This document shows, in pieces, positions 12,735 through 27,367 of a stretch of DNA of 64,000 nt. This DNA comes from Chlorokybus atmophyticus (taxonomy: Eukaryota; Plantae; Mesostigma and Chlorokybus algae), in contig RHPI01000810.1 of assembly GCA_009103225.1 (NCBI GenBank), forward strand, positions 372,001 through 436,000. The letters are read 5' to 3'. Below the pieces are notes generated by a model. The model had not been told where the DNA came from. It did no database searches and was given only the letters and a program-made list of their open reading frames with translations. The stretch's first letter is position 1; every line of letters begins with the position of its first letter. Both the position numbers and the translations under genes were made by a program.

Positions 12735-13665
12735 TGCACTGGCTTGCCAGCTGCTAATGCCTCCAGGTCAGGCATGAGTCAGGGTTGTGGCCCTTATGGA
12801 GTTACTTATAGAGTAGCCCCTCTGCGGTAAAAAGCTAGTCATGCATTGGTCATAGATCGCTCTTGCAATTGAGAGATAAACAACTTGAGTGCACACAGTG
12901 CGCCCAACCACGTATTAGTACTAATGTGAGCATGGCCAAAACCATGTTAGGGTTTCATTTAAGCATGGACTGCAACACAGCTTGGCAGCTGATCAAGCGC
13001 TGAAGCAGGGGTTGCGCTACACGCATAAAGGGCGGAATGGACAGCTTTGAACGACATTAACCACAACACTGTTGCAAGAACACTACACTCAATTGGAAAA
13101 CACCAACCAACAGCCCCACTGCCATGCAAGCAAGATTGCAACGACACATAACACGTACAACCCATAGGAACCAACCAGGCAATCCCATGTTGTGAATGAA
13201 GGTTTGAACTTTGCATTGCAGGCGCCCTGATGAGACCTACCCGTCGTATGGGATGTAACTTCGCCAGTTCCATACACCCACCCTTTCTGCCACGCCAACC
13301 TCACAGCCAACGCCGACGCCACCGTTGACACTAGCAGCAACAATCACGCCAAATTAGCAACCTTGCACGCAGAAACGTATCGAGGCAGGGTTTGATATCG
13401 CTTTCTTAAGGATATCATTGGCTATAAACCTAATAACTACACAACATGGATATCTTGCTTACCTGGTGGTCAGTCACGGCGCCCGGTACGCTTAGAGCAC
13501 GCAAACGCAGTTACTGTAACCGGTGTTTTGGGCCACGTGGAGGCGGCGGCGGCGGCGGCGGCGGCAGTGGAGCAGGAGGAGAAGCAGGGGGACTAGGACG
13601 AGAAGCATCAGTGGGAGAGGAAACTTAAGGTCATCTTTGTGACGGGAAGGTGACGCGGGGGAGTC

Positions 13666-14542
13666 ATGTCGCGGGAGCTCAGGAGGAGGCAGCTGCTGGA
13701 GGAGCAGCAGGATGAGGAGGAGCTGCCGTGGCCGACAATTGGCCTGGCCATAGCGCTCTTCTTGGTCGGCGGCGCCCTCCTCAGCGTCGGTATCCTGATG
13801 TGGCTCGGAGCTATTGACGGCGGCCTGGGCACAGGTAAGCAGCAACAATGCTATGGACCGGTTCATTTACAATTCACACATTCACGCCCACAACTTCTGA
13901 CCAAAACCCTAGCCAATCAGTGACCCTAGCATTACCACAATCAAGGCTGTCTTACTGTGCTTAGTTGCCCCCTGTAGCGTTTCATACACTTGCATGCTCT
14001 GCTTGTGGTAGATGCAACATGACAGCGTCCAGCACTAGCAAGCACTGTGCAAGCATTGTAGGCTGGCGGGTCTTGCACTTTACAACAATTATCTTTGCTC
14101 TCATGCTTTGCAATACAGGAAGGCATATTTAGCTGGCGGTGTTCAGTTTCCTTCGGTACTCACTGCTCGCCGCTTGCAGCATGATGCCCTATCAACTCCC
14201 ATTGAAATCCCGTGCATTGTCAGTAGCACCGGTAACTGACTGGATGCATTGGCGACGGATAATGCAGACTCGTGAAGCATGGTTATTGTTGACATGCCTC
14301 TGTGGAAACCAAGTACAGTATTGTAGTATTTGCACATGCTTGGCGCAAACAAGTAATGCTGCTTGCCAAATGATATTTTGCGGTGAATATCTATAGCAAT
14401 GTTTACACACAATCTTTCAGGTGTTGCCTTGACATTCCTCGGTGCGCTGCTGTTCATCCCCGGCTTGTGGGTTGTGCGGACAGCTTACTATGCGTGGAAA
14501 GGATATGACGGATACGACTTCCACGACATGCCTGAAGTTTGA
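13666..14542 (+). CDS. TMEM230: TMEM230/DUF872-family small membrane protein, 2 exons (13666-13834, 14421-14542)
   Basis: Spliced product ...LPWPTIGLAIALFLVGGALLSVGILMWLGAIDGGLGTGVALTFLGALLFIPGLWVVRTAYYAWKGYDGYDFHDMPEV*. The PW..I.LA and PG....R.AYYAWKG pattern is typical of the family. Confidence 0.85.
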
Positions 14543-15196
14543 GAATATGGACATCGCCCTCGCATCTCGCCTGTACAGTACTTGTTTATAGCCCAGCTCA
14601 ATAAGTGTTCACCCTGGGTACCATACCGCAAGCAACAGCGCTTCTGTAGAATACAAGTGTGCTGTAATATTCCCCTCCATAACTGGCTCCTCGGCTGAGT
14701 TACTCTGTTATTCAATGGCTGTTTGGGAGTTCAGGTAAGCATCACACGCTTGTGAACCTAAGAGAAAAAGGGTGTGGAAGCGTTTGCCGTCGTCCCTAGT
14801 CCATGCAAGCCAAGGCATGTCAACTCGAGGTGCGCTTCATCAGCATTTCCGCACTTCTGCGTACAGTGAGCTGTGTCAGAGCCAGTGTACATCACCACCA
14901 TACAGTGCAAACTGTACACATGACTGTATATGTGACTATACGCACGACTAGTCCTAAGCTGCCACTCCACAACGCGCTTTCAGAAGCACAGTCAGCTAAT
15001 CCAGACATGCACAACGCAGATCATCAGCAGCACTGTAGCACATAGGCAGCTGCAATGTACGTGTGCAACTAGTCACCAAGCAAAGACCATGTGGTGAACA
15101 AACACGGTAGGCAGTGCATATTGGCGTTACAAATAATAGTGATTGAGTATCTGTTGTGCAGGAACTACCTTTGCTAAACAGAGAACGTAGCAGTTA

Positions 15197-18100
15197 CTAC
15201 TTATGCGGCGATATAGGGTCCTCCCCATTCGCGCTGATGACATCTGCTTGCCGGTCGTCTGCACCAACCTGGCCGTTGCTCAATGGCCTTTCCAGGCCAT
15301 CAAGCGGGTCTGCTTGTCCTGTGCAACCACAGCAATCATAAGCAACGTTCAAACAGTACGCGACACAGTTGACAAGTACGACTCACCTGTATCTGTAGCA
15401 TTGGCAGCATGCGAGTGCTTTCCCGTGCGGGCAGCGTCCTGACCTCGGTCCTCATGGCAAGCAACCTGACCACACAAACATTGCTGTAACCGCTGACTTT
15501 AATTCTGACATATCATGATGATCATCGAACGTACTTCGGTACTTGAAAAGTGCGTTGAGTCTTTTCGTGACTGCTGCTCAGCCTCATCATGCACGCCTGA
15601 TTGTTGGATTTCTGCATGCCGGCCGTTGCTGCTCACTGGTTGATGAGTTTGCTCCATCGGTGCGGCTTGCACTACACTGGTGCAATTGGAGGTGACCGGC
15701 TGGCCCGCAACATCATCATCGCGCACAGGCGTATATGTCACAGCCATAGTGCAGCCCACATCTTGCGCAGTCAACTGCTGACAGACCACTGTTACGCACA
15801 ATACCCACAATGCCGGACAACCGTAACCAATGTGGTCAATAAACCACAAGCACACCTCATGACAGGAGTTGGTGGCAGCAGGAACAGGTTCCGGTCGCCC
15901 GTCTTGCACTACACGTCTCCATTGATAGCGAGAGAAACCTTCCCGTCCTCCCCAGTAAGAGCCTACAACCGTCAATGTCTGGCCTTCTACCGCCGCACCG
16001 GCGACGGTCACCGCTCGCACTGTCGGCAGCCCTGATGACAAATCCAAAACTGAACTGAGAGATAAGGCTTGCATACAACACGGCAGTGTACGCGCGGTCG
16101 AGCAAGAATGCATGCGCACGTGCTTGTGCGACCCACCTGCTGCCACAGTTGCTGTTGACTGGCTGCTGCTTGAAGGGCCTTCCACGCCGTCGCTGCGGCG
16201 CGGGATGCAGTGGAACGATACAAATCGTCCGACATCCTGAAGCTGCAGCGTGTAAGCGAAGCGGCCCTGCGCCTCCGGTATCGACTCTGGAGGTATGACA
16301 ACGCCCTGTTTTCGTCGGCTCCAGCCGTATGTGGACGCGCCCTCCGCACCACCAACATAACTATTACACCGTCTCAATGAGTTGACTTACACCTTCCAAC
16401 ACTTCAACGCTGTGTGCATGCACGTACGTGTATGAAGCGGTTAGTGTGGATCCTTCAACCATTTCTCCTGCGACAGCGATGTTGATGGCCTGTGGGGGTG
16501 CCGCAGTAACTGTGGCAGAAGACTTTGCGAGAACTGCTTTGCCGGCAATGCCGTCGGCCCTCACTGGCACATACTTGACGGCTATATGATGCCCGATAGC
16601 AGCAGCTGGTATACGCGCTCCCTGGTGCAGCCAACATAAGTTTCAGTTCAGCGACAGCATGTCTCGGTACCGTGCTTGCGTGTGAATAGCCGTTCCGTAG
16701 CAACTTCATGTTGCAGAGTATGCAATCTTCAAGTCTTGCGCATACAGGATGGGAACGTGCTGTGTAATGTACACACACATACCCTGCAGTTGTTTTTGTC
16801 TGGCGCCATGGTTTGCAGCTGCGCAAGGCTTGCACAATGGTACCTGCAGCATGACGCAGGGAGCAAGGTTGGCGTGCTCTGACAGCATTGCATGACATAG
16901 AATATAAGGTGGAGCCGATTGCTTGGTCAGTGGAGCCTTTCGAGAAACTAGAATGTAACTCAACTATAATCTCACCATTGCACGGTGCTGTTCCCTTCGC
17001 GCCCACCCATGTACACCCCCTTGGCTCGCACAACGCCGCCCTCAACCAAGTCGCCCTCAATTTCCAGGTTGACAATCTGTGGAGCAGCTGCACACCAAGC
17101 CACACAAATGTCACAAAGCTACCTTGCATTGGCTGCGTGTTTCATGTGGCAAGCATGAATGGATCCCAGAAGAGATGAGTGAACCACATCTGAATAGTTC
17201 AGCTCTGATCACATCAAGCAATAAGAGTGTTGGCATTGCTCCATGAGATTCAGCACATGAGTACCGCCTGGCTGGTAAGCTTGTGATGATGACAACTTAG
17301 GGTGTGGCGCATTCATGGATTATATCAGTGCTCTGCAGTAGTAGTCCTCTCCACTTACCAGCGTTGATGGTGGGCGTCTTGAATGACTGGGCAGTTCCAA
17401 CAGCACCTGCACGATACAATGGACTCAACCCGGTGACCATAGATTGAGGTTAACACATAGCCGGATATGTGGTTCATATGCATTGGCCAAGCTCAAAAAG
17501 CAGCGATGCCACTGCAGGGCTGCTTTTAACCTTCTGAGCTGACTGGCGTGTATGTGAATTTAATAGTTGCTCCGATATCGACATCCGACAATGTATACTG
17601 CCGCAAGCATGCTCCAGGTATGACTGCAAACTCCTGACTGCTGCTAGACAGGAGATACGTTTAGTGCAACTTTACGCAACACTGAACAGCAGGTTGGGTA
17701 CGACGATTGCACCTGGCGGGCGCACGATGCCAGGAGAACACACTCGTGCCCTCCATTCCACCAGAGTACGTGCCCTATGCAAAGGAGGTGATGTGATCTC
17801 TGACTGATAGATAAGTGTCAGAGGCAGAGGTAGAGGGCCCTTGATGAAAGCAAGGACTCACCGTGCCGGTCAACACGCATCCTGAGCTGCACTCGCCCTC
17901 CAACCCAACTTCCGATACACTCGGGGGGCCTGCAAACCAACACTGAGGTGATCACACACATGCAAAGGACTGTGTTGTTCTGCTTGTTGGTATGTACTGT
18001 TTACTCCAGCACCTGCTGCAACAGGGCCGGTCGCGAGGTCTTTGGCTACGCCAGCTGTGCCAGATTGTGTGTAAGGTGTGCATTGGAATACGAGGGAGCA

Positions 18101-20881
18101 ACCCACGTCTGCAAGCTGAGCACGGTACGTCGTGCCCTCGCCAACAGGCACCGGTCCCATGTGCCTCGGCAGACGGAACCACCTGCAGACACCATGCGTG
18201 CGGTTGCAGCGCAATGCCAGTATTGATATGGTAGTTGTTATCGGTATATGTTGTGAAATCAGCTGTTTACCTGCACTGCAAGGGTCCAGGTTGGCTACCG
18301 CACCAGGCAACATTAGCGATGCCTGTGACCGTTTGACCCTCTACCAAAGGTCCCTCAATCCGGAGTTGTGCCACCTTGGGGCGGCCATCACCTGCCAGCA
18401 GCAAGCCAACATGGCTGTTAGTCAACAAGTCCTGACAGCTAGCAGTATGATACCGTCAAAAGCAACTATACCTGGCTGCACGGGCTTGGTGCAAATACTT
18501 GTAGGTGCATGCATATGGTCCAAGAGGGTGATTTGACACTTGAGCAACATGCCGACATCTCTGTCGCACGGCGTGTACACCTGCACATGCGATCGCAAGT
18601 CTCACGCCAGCTGCAGTGCAGCAAGAGGTAAAGACAAAGGACAAAGAATCCGCACCTGCTGTTCTGCTTGTGGAATGAGTTCAAAGGTGGCGTAGCGGTT
18701 GACGGCTCTGTACCATGTAAAGCCAAGGCGGACAGCTTTACGCGGATCATACGCCGTTGGCGGGCTGATATCCACTGAACAACTGCACGGCTCGCCTTCT
18801 TTTGCGGAACTGACTCTGCAACTTCTCAGGGAAAACCCCTCCGGTAGCTGCTGCAAGGTCAGCCAGTGTTGGGCCACAGCGTCTGAAACAAAGAGGCTGG
18901 GTCAAGGTGAAGTCCAGGTTGAGGTGCGCCCTCTGCGTGCGCGTGCGCGCGTCTATATGTGACTGTGTCTGCGTGCGTGTAATAAAACACGTATGCATCT
19001 GCATTTGTTGGTTTGTCCATGTACGTATGCATGTATTGAACACGTTACCTTCAACACCATAGTCTGGTAGAAGCCAGCCGGACTGCAAGCATGATTCCAG
19101 TTGCATGGGCAACGATTCAGCTGCCTTTCGTTCCTCATCCAACACCTCTGCACACAACAGGTTGAGTGCGCTGTGACCATGCACTGGCGTGTCATGTCAG
19201 GTTACTCGTAAAAACCTCTACGTGTCAAGCAGCTTGGCAGTACCTGTGCCATCAAGCTTCATAAGGTTCGGCCCACCGAGAAGAACTGCAGCGACACGCG
19301 CCTTTGGCGAGCTCATGCACTCGTTGCCTGCCACGAGCAAAGTCTGCAATGCCTTTGCTTGAGATGTTAAACAAGAAAAGCATTGTGATAGAGGCGCTGA
19401 TATGTTACATTCTGGAACAAAAGCTGAACTGCTTACCACTAGCTGTGCTTGTGCAGGGAAGTCTGCGAAGCTTGCGATGCGATTATTTGCTACACTAAGG
19501 CCCTGCACAACAAGATGGCTGCATGTGCGATATACATATGATATCATAAATACAACCTGTGGATCAACTTGATAATGGCAAGTGCTCACCTGCAAGCTCG
19601 GCTGTGCGCTCAGCTTGAGATTTGTCAGCTGGTTGTGAGATACCGACAAAAACTGTGTTGCATGCGTAGTCAGGACTGCTACAAGTTGCTGCAGAACCAA
19701 TGCCACAATGTATACCACCATTTAAAGCTGCATACCTCAAGAGATGGTAGCGATGGCAAGCTCTCCAGACTCGTGATAAGGTTGCCGGCAAAATATGCTT
19801 GCTGTCAGCCAAAGGCAACAACAAGTGTCAGTCAGGACAGTTTCTAGTATGTGAAGTGAAAGATTGTCAATGCTCACCTGCAGCAGCTCACACCTCGCCA
19901 ATGCCGCCAGACAGTCGTCCATCAGATCATTGAAACTGAGATCAAGCACCTGATTATTAACACACTGTTGGTGAGCGCAAGTGCTGCTTGACAATAGACA
20001 GCACGCGCACGTGTGTTTCTATGCTAGCAGGTTGCATCATCACATCTAGCTACGCGTGATGATACAAGCTGCTAGCATCACGCCATGCAGTCAATCAACA
20101 GCGGCACGGCAAAGGATTATTGATAAATATGCACTCGGCAACTTGCCTTGATTTGCGCAAGGAGACTCGCTGGTTCCAGCGACTGCAGCTTGTTGTGTCG
20201 CGCATAACAAAACTGGGACACCCGTACAATGGCGGAGTTGCAATGCCATCACCAAGTCAAGAGCAAATGCAGTTCAACACAAACCTACTACTGTTATAGG
20301 AAAAGTCAACTTGCAAAGTCATTTTTGAACGAGCTAAGAGCACAAGGGCAATCCTTGAGCAATACACCACTGTACAAAGAAAACATACGCCGATAGTGTA
20401 TACCTCAACGTGCGCACCCACTTCAATGTTATGGAAGGACTCCAATCTCCGCTTGCTCACATCAAGTCGCTGCCAAGCATTTCAGCAATTTAACATTTAC
20501 ATGCCGCATTCCGTATGCACATGCCCACAGCAGCCAGTAACATACATACAAAGTGCAATGCTCCTACACTGCTAGCTCAATGTTCTGTTCTCACGCTGAC
20601 ATGCTTTCAAGTCCCTCACTCACGCTGTCGCTTGAGGCTTGCTTGCTGCTGCCTGTGGGCGTCGTGGGCATCGACCTGCGCCGGGGGGTCGTCTGCGGAG
20701 GCGTGGGCGGCTGCGCATGCTGCAGCTGCTCTGAAGCGAGGCTGCTGCGCTGAGCCGCCTGCGCTGCACGAGGATTGCTGCTGCTGAGCGGAAGAGCAGC
20801 AGAGTTCGCCCGCCGCCTCCCTGCCCCACCCTCGCCGCCGCCTGCTCCTCCCGCCCCGCCTCCAGCCGCCGCCGCCTTCAT
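15197..20881 (-). CDS. AIR9: AIR9-like microtubule-associated protein (low-complexity N-terminus, LRRs, A9/Ig-like repeats), multi-exon
   Basis: LRR exons LDLSFNDL, LSVSHNQLTNL, LSVANNRIASF, LLVAGNEC..PKARVAAV. A9 repeats VEGQTLTVVGSYWGGREGFSRYQWRR, YTLQLQDVGRFVSFHCIPRRSDGVEG and TYRAQLADVGCSLVFQCTP. The inferred stop follows ...PHK at 15197. Confidence 0.8.
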
Positions 20882-21691
20882 AGCTCCCCCGCCCCGCAAC
20901 AAATAGAAGGCGTTAACTACCGGAACCACATGACGAAGGACAAGTGCCGTGTGCTTCACACAAGACCGTGCTTGTCTCCAGCAAGTTTGATTAGAGTCTG
21001 ATTTCTCTCGCGGTGGATGGATGAACATGTAGTAGCGGCACCGGAGATGAAAGTGTTGGGTTGTCTTGTGTTGTGAAGGTCAGACGGTGTGAGCGCTGCA
21101 ATGCTGTTGGTTACGAGGTAGCTGGGTTGCCTGTGCATGCGCTGCAATGCCATGTGCGATGCCCGTGGTAGCACGATCACGACCCTGCACGACACAGACA
21201 GGTACCACGATGGCACACTGCGCCCGTGGTAGCACAATAGACTGCGCCCTTCCCCCACACACCACCACTACCACACACACTTACCATTTTGTCCACACAT
21301 ACACACACACAGCGAGAGAGAGAAAGAGCGCGCGCGCGAGCGCGTTGCCATTACCTGTGCACAAACAGAATCAAGTGCAGCTGTGCCGAGCGGATAAAGT
21401 TTATGTCATGAACTGTTGCGTGAGTGTGGTCATTCCACTGCAGCTTCGTGCTTGTTGGGATAACGTGTTTGGGTCAAGCTGAGTACATCCACAACAAGGC
21501 TAGCGGCATGTGTAGACTTGTGTCCTGCGCACTACCGGCAAGCGACCTCCTCCTTACAACCTTTATGATCATGGACACGTGCGTGTTGGGTGGTAGTGCT
21601 GCACCATGCCTAACCGCACACATCGCACAACATACGTAACATACAACCACACGTCACTACACTACCACGCTACACGAGCGCCGCGTCCACC

Positions 21692-22110
21692 TCAGTCGTT
21701 GAAGGGTCTTAGGGCACAGGACCCCAACCTGGCATCGCTGCCACCGCGCCCCACTCCAGTATTGCGAGCGACTGCTCCCGCTGCAAGGCGCATGCCGCGC
21801 TGCCGGCACATGCCAATTAAGCCCTCCAGGTGCCGTGGCTCTGCTCCTCGTACTGTGGTGATGTGGTGAGCAGACAAGCGCAGCACGTTCTGGAAGTCCT
21901 CATCTAACTTGCCATGTGTCCCCATCGCCGGCGGGTAGAAGGTACCCTCCGACGCGTGCTCACCATACTTGCGGCGCTTCGTCGCCCCCGCACTATCACG
22001 CCAGGTCGCTCTTTACACGCCGTGACGGTGATGTCCAGAAGCAGCATTTCACCGCACCCCGGCTCGGACGCCACCAGGACCCCTCCTCCTTAGTAGTCTA
22101 GCTCATGTTA
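21692..22110 (-). pseudogene. 3' fragment of a non-LTR retrotransposon restriction-like endonuclease (RLE) domain, frameshifted
   Basis: LLLDITVT followed, after a frameshift, by SAGATKRRKYGEHASEGTFYPPAMGTHGKL. This resembles the D-x-T-V...K..KY...F.P....T.G pattern of CRE/NeSL/R2-type RLE domains. Confidence 0.4.
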
Positions 22111-22697
22111 TATATACTGTGGCGGGACGGGGTTGTAATTACTTGGATCAGCGGGCCAGGTGCCTTCGTTGTTCATCCAGTGTAAAAGGCGTATGCTGCT
22201 GACAGCCTGACAGCCTGCAGCCTGCTGTGCACGAGTGCAGGTGAGTAGATTAGAGCACAAGTACACCATGCCACCATCATCCTCTTTATACTCAGAATAA
22301 CATTGGCACTAGCTGAAGGTATCTCCTGGTGTGCAAGGGTAGGCGTGGGCAACCCATGTGCCGCTATGATGCATGAACACAACAACAGCACTACTACAGC
22401 AGTAGCAGCAAAGTCAAACAGCAGTCCAATGCCCATACCTACTCAAAGCAAATCTCAATTAACCCAACCATCCACCCACTAGTACACGATAGTCACTGTC
22501 ATTGCTAACATAGGTTCTCTAGTTCCTAATACAGTCTTTCTACACCCGAAAATCGCTGCAGCAACATGTGCTCATTGCCGTGTCTACGTGCCTACGTGCT
22601 ATTCGTGTGGTGCGTTGCGCAGTATGAGGGCCTCGCCAAGAGAAAAAAGCGCAGTGATTGCCTCTTCACCCCTGGGTGCCGCCAGTCGGATGTTGCA

Positions 22698-25600
22698 TCA
22701 CCCTTCAAGACTACTCAGTGCAGTAATCTCGATAGGGGCAGCAGTAGCGTGTGCAATGCGTGGGAGCGTCGATGCCGCCACCACATTGTTCTGTACAGAC
22801 GCAACTTCTACTGTCCTCGCGTCATTGGAGGCAGGTAGCTCCTCCCCATTCACTGTGTCGTACTCATACATCAGCGCCTGACGCGCCAGCTCAAACATAC
22901 ACGCCATAGAGACACACTCCTGCAGACGCAACCATCCCATGCGGTTTGCCACAGATCAATGGGCAACCTTCACAACAATTACTGCCAACACCACTGTACC
23001 TGGTTCAGTATGCCAACCACCTTGCGCCGGTTGTTGTGCGTCACAACTGGGAGCTGGTGCGGTTTGCATATGTCAGACGCATAAACTGCCAGGGCACTGT
23101 ACTAATAGAGAGCGAACAAGCAGAAGCTGAGTTGTTACCTGGTGAACACCGCGCAGCTTGAGGTTCTCCCACGCAACAGCAAGAGGGGTATCAGGATACA
23201 CCACAATCAGATTGCGCTGAGGCGTGCAAATATCCACCACCTGAAAGGTATCACAATCTGTAAGGACATCAGGACAAGGTGCCATAACAACACAGACGAC
23301 ATCAATGCTTTCTTCAATTCTTGCACCTTGCATCCAAGCATGACTGAGATGCCTTTGAGATTGGCATGGGCAGCACATGGCAGTACAACTGGAACCCACC
23401 TTCTTGTTGAGACACAAAGGTCCTTGCTGATACTTAGTGTTGACGATGCTGTTGCGCAACACGTCGTCGAGAGTGATCAGCCCTAATGCCAGGCCTTCAT
23501 GATCACAGACCATGGCCAATCGCCGCCGGTCTTTCAACATTGATGATGCTGCCTGCAAACAAGTTTACTTTACTTCATGTGAAAGTGGTGTGAATTGCAC
23601 TTCTGCTCACAGTTTGTTTGGATGTCCGCATGTTACCTCATGTATGGGCATGTTCCCATCCACCCGGAGCACATCAATGGTCATTGCCGATGAAACTGTG
23701 AGAGTCTTCATCAGCTGCCTTTCGCGTATCAGATCCTCCTTGAAGATGAAATCCTCTTCAGGCCAGGGTGTTCCCGGACGCAAGTTGTCTCGTATCAAAC
23801 CCTGCAGCAAGTTAAGATGTCACCTTGCGTTCATGGTCAACCAACAACCAGTGTTGACGGAGCAAACCAAGCAAGCGTCAGCATGCAGACAGTACCCCAA
23901 CAGAGGCAATCGCTGACTCCCTCTTGGTTCGGAGCTCCGCAATGGCGTCCCCTTCCGATTGAATGGACTCCTTGCGCAGTTGTTTGGTTTCGGGCGTAGG
24001 CGCAACAAGGTAAGCTATCCCAACAGCAGCCATAAGCGGCAAGATAATGGTGTAGTCTCTTGTCAACTCGAACAGAAGAAGCACAGATGTGAGGGGCACA
24101 CGGCAGACAGCTGCCAGCGTTGCTGCCATCCCGACCAGTGCGTACGCCTATCAGCCAAAACAGCCATTGAACCCAACAACTTTTGAAGGTTGGTCTCATG
24201 CACACGCAGTGTGTTACGTACTCGTCACAGGCATATGACACGCGACCGCAGTGCTGTACCTGCGGTGCTGCTACGGTCACCACGCCACTGATGAGGCCAG
24301 GTGGGACGCCGTGTGCAGCAGCATAAGTGGCAAACGTTGCAACGCTCAGTGCTGCGAGCTCACCATATGCCACACCGACTGCCGCACCTATAAAAAGTGA
24401 TGGCGCATAGACTCCACCGACCAAGCCAGACCCCTTGCTGATTGCTGTCGTTACGAGCTTGAGAACCACGATCTGTACCAGTAGTGGCGGTGTAAATGTT
24501 GCCGCGCCGGCTTTGAGAATAAAATTGAAGTTCTTGAAACCCTGAAACCCAAGACCAACACGCGAAGTGTCGGAGCAGGACGTAGGCTAACCAAACAATC
24601 AACATGCAACCGGTGAACGCGAAGGCTGCTGCTGTCACACCAGCTTTGTGCTGCCATGTTTTACATGCAAACACTCCAGCACACATTAACATACCTGATA
24701 GAGCACTTCTGGCCAAACCAGCGCCACAATACCCACAAAGAGACCACCAAGGGAAGGATGAAGTGCTCGAGGGACACCAGCGCTTTCTACTTGTGCAAAT
24801 GTACTGGTGGCGGTTTGCGAAAACCGTGAGAACACTGTAGCCAGTCCACCACAAACTGCTCCGAGAAGCATGTACAGTGGAAGCTCTCCAAGAGAAAGAA
24901 GCTCGTAACTGGGTAACGAAAACGCCGGCTCCGTACCCAATCCTGCCTGTGGATATTACGCTGAGTGTTGGCCAGCTGTCACAGGTGGCGTTATCACAGG
25001 CCATTCTAAGCGCGATGAGACCTGCAACCTCAGCGATGGCAGCATGCAAATGCATTCATGGCATGTTGCAGTAGGCACCTGAGTGACTACAGCTGCAAGA
25101 ACAGAGCTGAGTAGGACCATCGCCATGGTTAGTGATGGTGCAGAGTCCTGTGATGACGCAGACCAGAGCTTGGACTCCACAGCAAAGAACACGCCGGCAA
25201 TTGGCGCATTGAAACCAGCAGAAAGACCTGCTGCCGCACCAGCAGCCTGCAGAGCGTGGCAAGTGCCATCAGCTGCGCAATAACATGCTTATGCACACTA
25301 GCGTAGCGTGCAACCAACTCCCAACACAATACCTGAAGTGACCTGCGGCGTTCGCGGCTACCCTGCAATGCAGATCCAAACATAGCTGCCACGTTTTGAC
25401 CAATCTCAACACTTGGGCCCTCAGGGCCAAGCGAGTTGCCAGTGCCTAGCGTGACAGTGGCCGCCACTGTTTTCATCAATCGCCGAACGCCAACTGGTAA
25501 TGCGTTGCTGGCGCGGCCTCCTGCAGCCCACTTCGGCAGCTTTGCCACTTCCTCCACCTCAAAGTTGACAGCAATGTATCGAAGGAGGCCGACCGCAATG

Positions 25601-27367
25601 CCTCCCAACACCGGCACTCCCACAATCTGCATGGTTCATATGGCAGATGTTGTCAGGCAAATGCTCTGCTGCACACTCAAAGATGACCGATAGTTGTCTA
25701 CATGTGCCATCAGCAGTTGATCTTACAGGTGTTGGAAACAGTCACAGCTTAACCACTGTACAGACAGTTGGGTGCATACAATGCCAGCTGCATGGTGACA
25801 ATTCTGAATACATATCTGGAGAGGTGTAGTTGACTGACTGCACCCGGCTTGGCCAAAGCTGTAGTGTAAGTGTGCACTCACCGTGGGCCATGCTTCAAAC
25901 TGGTCTAGTCCACGGCTCAAAGGGACATCCTCCCAAGCAATATGTTGTATGCTATGCACACCATAATTGAAAAGCACCTGCGCCAGAATTCCGACACCAA
26001 AAATTACTGGAAAAGGCTTTGCGGACACAGATGATGAACCATTTAATGTGTTAACAGCAGCAAACTTACCACTCCAACGCCGGACAGAACACCCACAGCA
26101 CAAGCCAACAGCAGCACACCCCCTTCACCACCGCCTATGGTGCTGGGGGCAAGTTCATCTACAGGCGGCTGCTTCTTCAGCTTCCCAGTAAGCGAACGCT
26201 TCCACAAGTAAGGCTTGCTGAAACCTTCTGGCTCTTCTTCATCCGAAGCAGCCCCATCGGCTACGACCATGCATCTCCTTGCTGTGATTACGGCAACAAG
26301 ATTAAGCTGTGCTTCAACTGATTGCAACAATCTGACCTCCAGTGTTGCAACGATCCACGATATAAGGGGCCCAGAAGGCGCTCAATACATCAAGCTGAGA
26401 CTGTCATTATGAGCACTAAGCAATGCATGCAAGGAGACTGGTACAGCAAGATAGTAACTGGACACCAGCTGTCCCAATGCCTAGCTAGCAGTACACGCGA
26501 AGTGCTGGCACAACGAGCGAATGACTCGCTGCAGCTTCTCCAGTCAATTACGCTTGCTATACTGAGACATTGACTGCTCCTGGTGTGTGCGATCTGTCAG
26601 TCATGATAACCGTTTGCTAAGTCACTCGAGACAATGACTACAACTTCCCACTTCCCATCCGCAATGACATCCGAACAGACCAATGCTTGTCCCCAAGCTT
26701 CGGTTGCAGCACAACAGACGGCACACCGCCATGCACCATGCACAGCGCTACATAGCGTGATCGCAAGCAAAAGGACGACAGTGGCACTGCATGATCAATC
26801 CAGCGACAACGCCACCCGTAACATGCTTCATGTACTTCACATGAGCTGTGGGACACACATCACAACGCACACATCACACCTCTGCGCGCAGGCTGTCGCT
26901 GCTTGTGTGACGAAGCATAAAACAGCCGTGCGGCACGCCTGGCTGAACCGGAAACTGAAGCGACCACTGCAGCAGCATTGCGGCGCTGCCGTGGCAAATG
27001 GCGTGATACTCTACCACTAGCACCAGCAACACTTGTGGAGCAGGTACACACACAGTCAGCGGCTGTGGACCTTGGGGCTGAGGCCATCAGTAGCAGTGAC
27101 CTTTCTTGTGCACGCAGAAGCCACTACCAGCACTGTTCACCATGAATGTAGCATGGCGGGCAGCTTCGCAGCAGCTAGACCAGAAAGCCACTCTAATGAC
27201 ACAACCAGACGACAGGGCAACCTAGACAATGCCTGCACCAAGCCGCTTTTGACGTCAACACGGCCGCAGCCGCCGCCCAAGCCGATTGTTCCACCAAGCT
27301 GCTGCGCAGTCTGCCGTGCATTCAAGACCCCACAACCTCCTCGCTTCACCGCCACCTCCGCACGCAA
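22698..27367 (-). CDS. CLC-f: Chloride channel, plant CLC-e/CLC-f type with C-terminal CBS domains, multi-exon (5' end uncertain)
   Basis: GTGNSLGPEGPSVEIG (gating Glu present), KLVTTAISKGSGLVGGVYAPSLFIGAAVG, AATLAAVCRVPLTSVLLLFELTRDYTIILPL, and CBS-like VYPDTPLAVAWENLKLRGVHQ. Confidence 0.9.

Noticed and set aside
13446-13480. CTTACCTGG resembling the U1 snRNA 5' end
   Set aside because: No U1 stem-loops or Sm site follow. It lies in the 5' region of the TMEM230 gene.
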